In this document: positions 45,196 through 56,802 of the stretch, in pieces | Layout: the number at the start of each line of letters is the position of its first letter | How positions within the stretch are numbered: position 1 is the first letter of the stretch | Source of the DNA: Histomonas meleagridis 2922-C6/04-290x | Taxonomy: Eukaryota > Protista > Parabasalia | Reading direction: 5' to 3' | DNA: 64,000 nucleotides | Assembly: GCA_020184695.1 (NCBI GenBank) | Contig: JAANOX010000270.1 | Coordinates: 62,001 to 126,000 of the forward strand | Notes under the pieces: generated by a model | What the model saw: only the letters and a program-made list of their open reading frames with translations | Told to the model about the DNA's origin: nothing | Databases searched by the model: none | Program-made: the position numbers and the translations under genes

Positions 45196-47637
45196 ATGAC
45201 ATTATCTTTTGCAATTGATTCTCTGGAATCAGCAACAAAATCAGGAAATTTTGATGTTCATAATGATATCTCGAATATAAGGAAAATTTTGGTTGACGAA
45301 TATCCAATTAAATTATCAAATCAAGAAATTAAAGAACAAATTTTATACTTATGGAATATTGCTGTTAAATTGTCGATGACTATTGATAAGTATGGTGAAG
45401 CTGATAAAGCAACTCTTAAACTGTCAGTCATTCCTTCAATACGTGTGTTAGTTGTTGATGTATTACAATTATATTTTACAAATTCAGAGAAATATTTAAT
45501 ATTTTATTGTTCAGTTCATACGTATAAAGCTTTATTGGATTCTGGGGACAATGAAAATGCGGAAAAACTTTATAATGAAGCTCGTGAACTCTTTGATAAA
45601 GTTTCACAATCACCAGAAGCAACACAAACCATAGTACAATTAATTATTTGGAAATGTGATTTTTTATTATCACAATATAATTCTGATTCAGCATTAAAAC
45701 TTCTTCAAAGTTTTTATTCTCAATATGACATTGAATCATCATATTTAATTTCATATATTTATGAAGAATCAATTTATTTAAAGTCGATTGAATGGTGTAC
45801 ATTTTGTTTAAATCGAATTGAGAAATCGGAATATTTAAAAGAAAAATGGAATCATCAAGTTACAACGTTACTAGTTCAACTCTTATTAAATAATAACCAA
45901 CCAAACGAAGCGATGAGTTATGTACAGAAGTTACCATCTTCATTAAACACATTATATTTAGAATTAAAATGTTCAATTTTACTTGAAGAACCAAATGAAA
46001 ACTTAAAGCAAAAAATGATATCTTTTATACAACAATCAAAAAATGATTATCGACTTTTAGTTGCTTTATGTTTCTTTGTATCAGATAATTATGAAAAAAT
46101 TCAAAACATTGCAATTAGTTTTTTTACAGAAGTAATTAATATCAAAAATATTCCAATCGAATTAATGAAACATATTTGGATATCTTCGATACAAATTTCA
46201 TGTAAATCAAATGATATTAATTTCTTAAATAGTTTCATCAATATAATACATGATTTAAATAATAATGAAAGAAAAGAAATCGCCGGAATTTTATGGAATA
46301 AAGCATTGGAATCTTTCGATGATGCTGATTTCCCAATCGCTACACAATGGATGAGTTTTTCGAGGAGTTTTGTTGCTGATGATGATTATCAATCTCAATC
46401 ACGATGTTTTAGATTTATGTCACGTTGTATGTATGAAAGTAATGAGTTTTCGACTGCTTTATCATTTGTTGATGAAGCAATTCTAAGAGAACCTGAATCA
46501 GAACATAATTATCTAATGAAATATAAAATTTTAAAGAAAATTGGAAATGAAAAAGAATCAAAAGAAATGATTCAAAACCTTTTAAAGTCATCGCCTTATT
46601 TAGAAAAGTTTTCTGCAGTTTTTTATACGTCATTATCTGCAGAGTTATATGAAATTAAAGATCTTCAATTATCATTACAAGTTTTAATTACAATATTCGA
46701 TTTAAATATACAAATTCCTGACGATTTATATCCAAATATTATAATTTCGACATTTTCAATTATACAAAGTATTGATGACTTATCAAATTCATATAAAATT
46801 TTTCGAATTATTTCTGAACATTGGAATATTAATATTAATTTTGATAAGTCTTATCATACTGCTTTTATGAGTCTTGCTTATAATAGTGGTATTTTATATG
46901 CTCAAAAAAGAAAATGGGAAAATTCCGCTTATTGTTTTTTATGTGGTGCAAAATTTTCTGGGAATTTCATTGACTTAAAGTTACAATGTATATTTAAAGC
47001 AATCGAAAGTTTTTTACAAACACATGAAACTAATAATATACAAAGAGCAAATTCAATAATTAATGAATATTCAGCAATAATTAATTCATGTGAATCACAA
47101 AGACAAAAAGATTTACTTATTCTTTCTAAAATCGAAGTATTAATATGTCAAAAAATTTCCGAAGATGAAATTATCGAATTAATTGAAACTATTACATCAT
47201 CAGATGTTATACGGCAAGCGAGTAATTTCATATGTGAATATGATACACAATTAAATGTAATAAAATCATTGTTAAAAAGAGCAGAAAGAATTAGTTCTAA
47301 TTGTGAAGTAATATTATCAATTTATCATCAATTTGTAATTAAAACAACTTCTTTAACTGATTTAAAAATTATTTATGAACAAATAATTGAATATATCAAT
47401 GAAAATATAAATGAAATTAAATCAGATCAAATCCAATTCTTTATGGCACATGGTTGGAATATAGGAATACAATTAATTCGATCACAAAAGATTAAAGAAG
47501 GCGAATGGTGGTTAAGTATAGCATTACAAATAATGAAAACTAATAATGAACTTATTGAAACATATTCGAAGAATATGGAAGAAAGTTATTCAAGTTTCTT
47601 AACACAAGCAAAATCACAATTAACATTTTGTTTTTAA
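45196..47637 (+). CDS. TPR protein, SPO22/ZIP4/TEX11-like
   Basis: GILWNKALESFDDADFPIATQWM and QFFMAHGWNIGIQLIRSQKIKEGEWWLSIALQIM resemble the two conserved TEX11/ZIP4 blocks; overall alpha-solenoid character. Confidence 0.6.
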   Translation: MTLSFAIDSLESATKSGNFDVHNDISNIRKILVDEYPIKLSNQEIKEQILYLWNIAVKLSMTIDKYGEADKATLKLSVIPSIRVLVVDVLQLYFTNSEKYLIFYCSVHTYKALLDSGDNENAEKLYNEARELFDKVSQSPEATQTIVQLIIWKCDFLLSQYNSDSALKLLQSFYSQYDIESSYLISYIYEESIYLKSIEWCTFCLNRIEKSEYLKEKWNHQVTTLLVQLLLNNNQPNEAMSYVQKLPSSLNTLYLELKCSILLEEPNENLKQKMISFIQQSKNDYRLLVALCFFVSDNYEKIQNIAISFFTEVINIKNIPIELMKHIWISSIQISCKSNDINFLNSFINIIHDLNNNERKEIAGILWNKALESFDDADFPIATQWMSFSRSFVADDDYQSQSRCFRFMSRCMYESNEFSTALSFVDEAILREPESEHNYLMKYKILKKIGNEKESKEMIQNLLKSSPYLEKFSAVFYTSLSAELYEIKDLQLSLQVLITIFDLNIQIPDDLYPNIIISTFSIIQSIDDLSNSYKIFRIISEHWNININFDKSYHTAFMSLAYNSGILYAQKRKWENSAYCFLCGAKFSGNFIDLKLQCIFKAIESFLQTHETNNIQRANSIINEYSAIINSCESQRQKDLLILSKIEVLICQKISEDEIIELIETITSSDVIRQASNFICEYDTQLNVIKSLLKRAERISSNCEVILSIYHQFVIKTTSLTDLKIIYEQIIEYINENINEIKSDQIQFFMAHGWNIGIQLIRSQKIKEGEWWLSIALQIMKTNNELIETYSKNMEESYSSFLTQAKSQLTFCF

Positions 47638-47660
47638 AATTTTTAAAGAAAATAACAGAT

Positions 47661-50234
47661 TTATTTAAAGGAAGAGAAATGAAGAATTTCGGCAACTTCA
47701 TTATATAATTCAATTGACTTATTTACATCAAGGAAATTACTCAATGCTTTTACATTTAACAAAAATAATTCGAAATCATTTTGTAAAGATATTGTAGATC
47801 TATACCAACCAGATTTTAATCTTTCTGATATAAAGTTTAAATCCATTGGTTGTATGATGAAACTTGTATCGAAATTACTAATATCATTAAATTCATTATA
47901 TTTTTCTTTGGTAAAAATTGGATATAACGTTTGAAGCCAACCATTATTTGAAGAAGGTTTAACAATTGAACCAATATTTATTCCATCAATACTTAATAAG
48001 TCCCATGGAGAAATTTTGATGACTCTCGAATTATTTGTCATTATAGTAATTGATTGATAAATCGAACGAAGATAATTTTGATTAACAGAAATAACTTCAC
48101 CATAACAACATTTTGAATTTAATTCGAATTCAACTTTTTGTCCTCGAGAAAGATCTTCTAATAAACCTAAATAAGTATTAAATGAAGAAAGTGGGAAAAG
48201 ACAATCACATTCTGAATCATATGAATATGTAATTTGAAATGAAAAATTAGTGTTTTGACTTACATTTAATGTTACAAGAAATCCTAAATTTATTGGTTCT
48301 AATCTTAAAATTTTAGCACGAGTAATTTCAGGAAAAGTTATACCTGATAAAGATTGAGGTATATCAGAGTTTAAACTATGAAGATATATTACATCATCAC
48401 CAACTTCAGGAATATAAACTTTCGATAATAATGATATTACCCATGGAGGTCTATTATATTTATTAAATGGTTCATAAATATTAAAATGATTCAAATTACA
48501 TTCAATGAATTGATTATTATTATCATTAAATAATATAATTGTATCATTCGAAGTTTCTTCAATTGTTTGAAGATTTTCTAATGTTTCTTCTTTAGGAAAA
48601 TCGAAATCTTCATCTTCAATATTAAATGGATTTAAAGGACGAACATATTGAAGTTGTATATGTTCCGGTGGTTGAGGAACTATAATATTTTCTGGTTGTT
48701 GTATCATTGGATTAACAGTATTAATATCTAATAATGAATGAGCTAAATGTTCTTCTAATTCATTACATCTTTCATTATATGATAAATCAACATCAATTTG
48801 GAAATTCATTGATGAATCCTTATCAAAGATTGGTGATGATAATTTACAAATTTTAGTAATACATTCACCAATACTAAAGTTTAATAATATGATATTACCC
48901 ATAACATCTGATGCTATTATATATTTCCCACATTTACTCCATTGAATTTCGACAAGTTCAACATTCGATTGTTTATGTACCCACGTTGTAAGTAATTTTG
49001 GTTCATAAAAATCCCAAACAGAAAACACATTTCGATTAGTCGAAAACACGACAATGTTATTAATCTTTGGATGAATTGCAACTAATTCGACTCCTTCAGT
49101 AATACTTTTTTCATCTGGAAGTTGCGATATTATTTTACCAATAACTGTATCATATATTATAATATTTGTTTTCCGTACAATAATCGCTAAATGATCATCA
49201 TTATCCCAAACAATTTCAACTATTGGACAAGTTTTCCGTGATGGTGACTTAAATATATTCGCTGGTATAAATCCATTTTGTTCTAATTTCCAAATAACCA
49301 TTGATCCATCTTCTACTGAATATGTTAATACTTTAGGTGCCATCCCATGTGGTGATGGATAAAGTCTTTTCGAAAATGTTACATACATAACACTTCCAGT
49401 ATGATATCGTAATTCATATTTCTTCGATGTAGATATCGAATATAAAATGACATGATTAGGATCACTCGTATATCCTATAAATTCTGATCCTGGTGAAAAT
49501 GAAACCCAATCAATCGGATTACCTTCTGGAGAAATAATTTTGATATACGTATTCTTTGATTGCATTAAATCTTCAATCTTTATGATATATAATGTACCAT
49601 CTCCATATGTAACACTTAAATATTTACCATCCGGTGAAAAATTGGAATAATACACTGGCGATTGTGATAAATAATCAACGTTACATAACATTTGTCCATC
49701 ATTTAATGACCATAAAATTATTGATCCATCATGTGATGAAGATAATAATATCGAAGATGTACAATCAATAGAAACACTAACAACAACACTTGAATTATGT
49801 TGGAAAGTACAGATTTCTTGTATAAATGGTAGCCGAAATAATTTGATGGTACTATCATCAGAACCTGTAACAAAATATCGCGATAATGGATCAAACGCAA
49901 TGCAATAGATGGCTTTGGAATGAACTTGTTTGCAGTCAATCAGTCGAAGTACACAATTTTGATTGTCGGAGATTTCAGGAAATGGTGTTAACCTTCGAAA
50001 CAAAGACGGATAGTCATCACTTGGAGCTAATGTTTTGAGAAATGTTAGGAATTGATCTGGATGAAAATTTCGATATTTTACATCAAGTGCTTCATCAAGT
50101 GAATTACAACCATTCGGAAGTAACTGGTTTGAAATACAATACTCTTGAAGCCTTGCATACACATTTGGATTCCTCTGTCTGATATAATGTGATATTAGAA
50201 CGCATAAGTCTTTACGAATTTGTAATTCATCCAT
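47661..50234 (-). CDS. BRWD/PHIP-like WD40 protein with degenerate C-terminal bromodomain
   Basis: WD40 repeats (YFVTGSDDSTIKLF, SSSHDGSIILW), YIPEVGDDVIY, ISPWDL and PMDLNFISERLKSGWY. Confidence 0.75.
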   Translation of the reverse strand: MDELQIRKDLCVLISHYIRQRNPNVYARLQEYCISNQLLPNGCNSLDEALDVKYRNFHPDQFLTFLKTLAPSDDYPSLFRRLTPFPEISDNQNCVLRLIDCKQVHSKAIYCIAFDPLSRYFVTGSDDSTIKLFRLPFIQEICTFQHNSSVVVSVSIDCTSSILLSSSHDGSIILWSLNDGQMLCNVDYLSQSPVYYSNFSPDGKYLSVTYGDGTLYIIKIEDLMQSKNTYIKIISPEGNPIDWVSFSPGSEFIGYTSDPNHVILYSISTSKKYELRYHTGSVMYVTFSKRLYPSPHGMAPKVLTYSVEDGSMVIWKLEQNGFIPANIFKSPSRKTCPIVEIVWDNDDHLAIIVRKTNIIIYDTVIGKIISQLPDEKSITEGVELVAIHPKINNIVVFSTNRNVFSVWDFYEPKLLTTWVHKQSNVELVEIQWSKCGKYIIASDVMGNIILLNFSIGECITKICKLSSPIFDKDSSMNFQIDVDLSYNERCNELEEHLAHSLLDINTVNPMIQQPENIIVPQPPEHIQLQYVRPLNPFNIEDEDFDFPKEETLENLQTIEETSNDTIILFNDNNNQFIECNLNHFNIYEPFNKYNRPPWVISLLSKVYIPEVGDDVIYLHSLNSDIPQSLSGITFPEITRAKILRLEPINLGFLVTLNVSQNTNFSFQITYSYDSECDCLFPLSSFNTYLGLLEDLSRGQKVEFELNSKCCYGEVISVNQNYLRSIYQSITIMTNNSRVIKISPWDLLSIDGINIGSIVKPSSNNGWLQTLYPIFTKEKYNEFNDISNFDTSFIIQPMDLNFISERLKSGWYRSTISLQNDFELFLLNVKALSNFLDVNKSIELYNEVAEILHFSSFK

Positions 50235-51095
50235 TGTCACTTTTCTTTACACCTTAACGTTCGCTGTGATATTTCATCATCACTTTAAGTGAATACAATG
50301 TTTCAAAAAAAAAAAAGTCAATCAAACAACTTCTTTAAAAACAAATCAAAACACTTCGCAAGTGTTCTTACGAATCAGTTTGTCCTTTTCAAGATATACA
50401 TCAACAATTGTCCAAAAAAATTCATCCAAAGCTGAACATTCGACATAACGTTATGTCCAATCAGCATTTGTAATTCTTTACCTTTAGATGTTGGTATGGA
50501 TGTATATTCTTCCAAACTTCAATTTGGATTATTTAAATATTTGGTTTAAACCACTAAATATATGGAAGATGATTTCTGACCTTTTTATCTCATTGATCTA
50601 GAAACTATATACGTTTCCAAGTGAAGAAGATGTGTTCAACCAGCTGAGGATGGCAACACTCATTTTCATTAAGAATTCGCTTCTTCATAATATACATCCA
50701 CAACTGACAATTACGCCTTGTCAAAGCTGTTTCGTGCCAATGATTCATACTTAGATGTTGTGCACAACCACTTTCCAAACTTATTTTTCATCACTTTTAA
50801 CAAAAACATATCGTTTATCGCTTCCGTGCATTGCTGTCTCAGACCTTTTCAATTGATTTTGAAAAGCAAATAACAACGGTGCGCAGCATCCATAAAGCGT
50901 ATGCAACGAATTCTTCAATCACTTTCACCTTCTTCAAAAATAAAAAGTGCACATAGTGATACATCTTAACTTTTTAAGTCAAAAAACGTTTTGCCCAAAT
51001 AATCAAACAAAAAGTTTAATTGATTTTGCTGATTAAATTTGTTTTTCTTGAGCCACACATAAAAATTTCGATTGATAATATATTTATTTATTTAT

Positions 51096-54040
51096 TTATT
51101 TACCAGTTCTGAACATTTTCCTATATGCGGCCTTCATTTGCCCTTTATATCTTTTATTAACAATTTTCGATGATAAAGGTGCAAATGCGAAAGGCCTTTG
51201 TCCGCTTTTTTGGTTATCGCCTTTACCGTTCTGTGTCTTAAATCGTTTACCACTTTCAGCCACGAATGCGTTTTCGATACTTTTCTTTTGTTGTTCTTTT
51301 TGTTTCAATTTTCTCTTCTTAATATGTTCTGCGATTTCATTCACTCCGTCTGATTCATCACTTTCGTCGTCACCATTTTTCATTTTTTCGTTTTTCTTCG
51401 GCGCCTCTTTCAGCACAAGTCGGCCTCTTTTATCGAATTCGAGTCCTTCGTCCTCTAAGTTCTGTGGCTGATTCATTATTCGTTGTACTGTTTCACGCGG
51501 ATCATTTAAATCGTGGACATCTTCGTCATATCTACTGTCTAATTCGATGTCATTATCATCGAAACTTTGCGTTTCATCTGTTTTATTATTTCGACGTCTT
51601 AAGTTCTTATTCACTTCTTTACGCGCATTACGTAAAAGTTTCTCTTCGTTAGGTGGGAAACATTCAGTAACTTTCTCTATGCCAAACATTGATATGCATT
51701 TCTCTATTAATTTATGTCCTTTTCCTTTAATTTCCCAATTTGTCTTTTTACTAGAGTTAATTCCAAGTATTATCATGTTGCCAAGTTGCGAAGATTCAAC
51801 AAATTTCGGTAATCGAGAAATTAATGTTTTCGAAAATTGTAATGCACTACGAAATACTTCTGATGTCGGATTAGAATCAGTTGCCTTGAAACATATCAAA
51901 CAAAATTGTCCGAGGTCTTCAGGGTTAATATTTTCTGCAAATTTGTTTATGATACATTCAATGGCGTCAATTGTAGCACTTACAAAATTACTTGAATTTG
52001 ATGCTATACCAACAGATATATGTAATAACAATGGAGTTAATGATTGTCCTCGTTTTATGAAATCACTTGCAATAGTATTAATACATTCATTAGCTGCTTC
52101 ACGTGTTTTTGCTCCATGTTCTTTTAATGCTCCAACAATTTCTGGTAAGAAACTATTTAACATTTCATCATAATTTTCTGTGTTCGGTATTTGTAATAAT
52201 GTTAACATTAATAATAATCGATAACGTAATGTTGATGATGATTGAACTTCTGTTGTATTATTTAATGCATTAAGTAACTCAGTTGTAACTGAAGGATTTG
52301 GAAACTTTTGGATATATGTACGTAATGAACGAAGTGCCTTTTACGAATTAATGAGCCAAAAAATGCATTAACAGAATTTTGATCCATTAATGAAGCAACA
52401 ACAGATATTGCCGGAATTACACATGATGCAGTGGATGGATCAACAGAAGCATTAGCTAATGAAATTAACATTTGTTCATGTCGATCAGTATATGGAGCAA
52501 TGATTTGTATTATTTTACAAATCGGTCGATATAATTCTAATTTGAATTCTTCAAATCGATTTAATACTAAGTCAACAAAACCTGAAATATCAGTTAAATT
52601 CGTTGTGCAACAATTTGGTATAACATTCCATAAGTTTTGCCATAATATTCGAGATGGATCTTGTCGTAAGTTTTCATACATTTCTTCTTCAATAGGTAAT
52701 AAATAATTAAATGTGAATGTTAAATCATTAAGATTTTTCCCATTATAAGATTTTAAAATTGGAATTACAATTGTTTCTAATATATGTAAATCACTAATAG
52801 GTACTTGCGCTTTCTCAAAAAACTCTGTAAGTCCAATAGCTTCAGCACAACTTACAATAAAATTAACAATCATTGTGAAATGAGTTGAATCAATATTTGT
52901 CATTTTATCAAGTGATGCAGTAATTGGAGCTTGTAATACTTCGAATGTATTTTCTCTTGTTTTTTCAGGAATTGTTTGTAATATAGAATATACTTGTGGC
53001 CAAATGTTAATAAATTGTACACTCATAGTTTGTGTAAGTTCATTTACAATTGGTACAAATGCATTTAAATCGCCATCCGAAACAGTTGCATGAATTCCAT
53101 ATAATATTATGTTATTAATTAATGTTTCACATTCTTTGTCATTCATTGTTAAAAATATTAATAATTGATGTAATATTCGTGGAAAATTAAATTTAAGAAC
53201 TTGAAGATCTGAATGCGCTAACATAGTAACACATGATTGTATTAATTCACATATTGCATATAATATATCTCCTGCTGATTCTGGTTTAGATGAAATGTAC
53301 TTATTAATAATACTAATGCATGTGTCAGTAGGCATATAATGAACTGCATTTGATAAAACTTGAATCGCTTTAACTTTTGTCGCATGATTTGGACTTTCTG
53401 TATATTGGATAACTTTTTCAATGTATTTGGGCCAGATTTGACTGTTAGCGACATGTGAAATATTATTAATGACTGTTAATGCTCGAAGTGGATTTCGATC
53501 TATGATTTCAAACATATAACTAAAGGCTATTCCATGAATTTGTGTAAAATCATATATTGCTTGTGAGGCACTATTTCGAAGTCGAGAGTCATCACTAAGA
53601 GAACGTTGGCAAAGTCTTGTACATACATCTCGAACCATCGTGTCAGACATTGAGGAATGTTTTGATAATTGAACAAGAACTGGACACATGGGTATTGAAA
53701 GTTCTGTAGAACAATTGGAAAAAAGTGGTACAAGAGAACTAAGAAGATGTGATGAAATAGTTGAATCAAGAGGTGCTGATTCAAGTGCAATATGAAGAAG
53801 TCGAAGTAGTTCAGGAAGACCATCTATTTCTTTTTTATCAAGTCTATGAACTGTAAGAGATGTGATTGCACCTAAATATACAGAAGCTGATGGATATGGG
53901 TCAAATGAAAGTGTCCCTTGATTAACTTGATTTTGAATTGAAGATCTAACAAGATCTAATATTTGAATAAAGCGCTTTTGATTTCTATCATTTCTAAGAC
54001 ATTCATAAGCAGCAAAAATATCAGTATCAGAACTTGTCAT
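51096..54040 (-). CDS. RRP12: RRP12-like ribosome biogenesis HEAT-repeat protein, split by a 1-nt frameshift at ~52339-52342
   Basis: ORFs 52262..54040 and 51096..52208. Adding one A to the A4 run gives RKKALRSL and one ~980-aa ORF. C-terminal GKRFKTQNGKGDNQKSGQRPFAFAPL is RRP12-like. Confidence 0.75.
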
Positions 54041-54349
54041 TGGATTTTAAATCGATGGTCGTATGTTTTGAATGTGAAAGATTTTTACATAAATATTTTC
54101 ATTGAAATTATGATGACAAAATATCATTAATATTCAAAAAGTTTGTATGCAAAGGACGCAATCAACGTGAAGTGATTTAACGTTCTCCATTTTATCTTTC
54201 ATCTCAAATTCGTTCATAGAGTCTATATTGATAAAATATACACAAAAAATGTATCATATTCATTGCATATGAAAAAAATTTTAATTATTGTATTAAAATT
54301 AGATTTTGATAAATAGTCTATATAATTCTCTGAGTCAAAAATAATATTT

Positions 54350-55790
54350 TTAATGTATTATTTCTGTATGACCTTTACCAGATGCTAAAATAAGTGCTGT
54401 AATAAATAATTTAAATAATTTCCAAATATTATTTTGAAATATAAAAATATTAAAATGAATTTCAAATAAAACAAATAAATATTTTTAGCATTAATATCAA
54501 TTCCTTCTTGTTCAAGAAGTAATTTAACTATTTCTGTATGAACTTTTGAATATGCTTTAACAAGTGGTGTATTAAATAATTTCCAAATATTATTTTGAAA
54601 TATCAAATTATCAATATAAAAATTATCTTTAGCATTATTATAAATTCCTTTTTGCTTTAAAATGTATGTAACAAGTTCAATATTTCCTGAAAATAATTTT
54701 GATATAATATTTTCTGGAAGTTGATTATTTTTATGGAAATATTTTACAAGAAAAATGTTTACAATTTTTGCTGCTTCATTAATGATATTTTCATTAATTT
54801 TCATTCCTTCTTTTTCTAAATATGTAAAAATTTCAGAATTAAAATATGAAACGCATTTTTCTCTTAATTCGTCTAATTGACTAATATCTTCAAATTTATT
54901 TTCATAAAGATATCATTTTGATGAAACATAATTGCAGTTTTATATGCATCTTCAAATGATGAATGATTTTGTTCACATAAATAAATGATTTCTTCATTTC
55001 CACCTGCAACTGCATATTTACCTGTATCAATTTTATTTGCATTGTTCATAAGTAAATATTTAAAACATTTAACTGAAGAAAAAAATGCTACATAATCAAT
55101 TAATGTAACATTGTTTTTATTAATAAATGAACATCTTTCATAAGTTGATTTTGGAATTATTTGATTATAATCGAATTCATTTTGTGATGATATTTCTTGA
55201 ATTTTTTCTATTTCGAATTATTTTAGTAATTTTAATCGGATTATGTCCTTCTTCAATTAATTGTTTATGAAGCTCAAAATCATTATTTGAAAGTTGCTTA
55301 ATGTTTGCAATGGTTTGTTAAAAAAAATAAATGTTATCTCGTTTTTAATTTTCTTCTTTAGACAAATAGTGGATAAAATATGGATTTAACATATCTTTTA
55401 ATATTTCATGATCAATAATATTATTTTCACACATTTTATAAAGTATATGATTTATTTCTTGATCAAGGATTCCTGAATGATGAAGAAAATTAGTAAAAAC
55501 ATCAAAAATTTGAGATTTGACTTTATTAATATCTTGAAATATTTCAATTTCATTCATAAATTTTAAAAATATATCAAAATCATTCTTTGCAATATAAATA
55601 CATATAACAACAAAATGACTCATAACTAATATAGTTTTTTTTCTTTTAAACTTTTTTAAAAGAAAATCTTCTTTTAAAAGAATATGGGGAAATATAGTCA
55701 ATTATGGAAATAATTAATTGAACTACTTGAAAAATATTTATTTAAGCCAAATATGATTTGTTGAATTGCTTCAATGACTATTCATTTAAT
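54350..55790 (-). pseudogene. DUF3447-type ankyrin gene (locus D), pseudogenised
   Basis: Family motifs (IDYVAFFSSVKCFKYLL, YAVAGGNEEII) are broken by frameshifts and stops. One regular 80-nt linker (54401-54480) and one collapsed irregular linker. Confidence 0.78.
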
Positions 55791-55930
55791 TTATTCTTGA
55801 GTTCTGTATTAATTGCATTTTAAAAATTTAAAACTAATAATGTAACTAACATATGAAAATTATTATAATTAAAATTATTATTTTTTTTTTAAAACAACGA
55901 AATATAATTAGAAAAATGGACAACGAATTT

Positions 55931-56581
55931 TTATTGCATATATTCTTCGTCTTCTTGAGGCAGAGGGATAAGATCTGCTTTAGAAAGTTCTTGTTCATAC
56001 TTCTCAACAAGAATTGGATCAAGGATAACTGGTGGAGGACTGAACACTGGTGCCGTTGTGAACTGAAGATTGGGACATCCGGTCATTGATCTTGCCAATG
56101 ATAAAAATGGCATTTCAAAATGATAATTTGTTTTAGCAGAAACTTCAAAGTACTTGAGCTTGTTTTTCTTGTGGAATGTGACTCGTTTTGATGGAACTTT
56201 TCTATCGCGTATATCTATTTTACTCCCAACTAAAACAATTGGTATCTGTGGACAAACACATGTAAGATCTTTGTACCATGTTGAAACACTTCTGTAGCTT
56301 GATGATGATGTAACATCAAACATTATAATTGCACAATTTGCATCTAAATAATATCCTTCTCGAAGACCACCAAACCTTGCCTCCCCTGCCGTATCCCAGA
56401 CGTTGTATAAAATGATACCACGTGTCGTTTGAAATGTTAACTGAGATACTTGAACACCAAGAGTTGGGATATATTTATTTTCGAATTCGCCAGTTTGATG
56501 TCGTTTAACAAATGTTGTCTTGCCAACTCCACCATCACCAACAAGAACAAGCTTTGCAATCATTGTTGGGGTTCCCTCCAT
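55931..56581 (-). CDS. RAN: Ran-family GTPase, divergent
   Basis: KLVLVGDGGVGKTTFVKRH.TGEFE.KY.PTLGV, GGLREGYY, SAKTNYHFEMPFL and an acidic tail. Switch II reads DTAGE and G4 reads GSKID. Confidence 0.88.
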   Translation of the reverse strand: MEGTPTMIAKLVLVGDGGVGKTTFVKRHQTGEFENKYIPTLGVQVSQLTFQTTRGIILYNVWDTAGEARFGGLREGYYLDANCAIIMFDVTSSSSYRSVSTWYKDLTCVCPQIPIVLVGSKIDIRDRKVPSKRVTFHKKNKLKYFEVSAKTNYHFEMPFLSLARSMTGCPNLQFTTAPVFSPPPVILDPILVEKYEQELSKADLIPLPQEDEEYMQ

Positions 56582-56802
56582 CAGTCTTTAGGGTGTCAAA
56601 TCTAATATTGAGAGAAAATATTGATGACATTTAGTATTTTGAACGATTTTATTTTAAAACATTCTATAGGAAATGTACGTTTAAATATTCAACAGAAAAA
56701 AAAAAAAAATGTATCATAACAAATGTTAATATTAACATTTGTGAAAAAAAAATGTTCACTCATTCCAAAAGATTTATAACAAAATTGATTACATTAAACA
56801 TT

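Noticed and set aside
51547-52173. Long + strand ORF and similar short overlapping ORFs (e.g. 29894..30187, 5970..6176, 59887..60093, 62715..62903)
   Set aside because: Antisense or alternate-frame shadows of well-supported genes, with no recognisable motifs.
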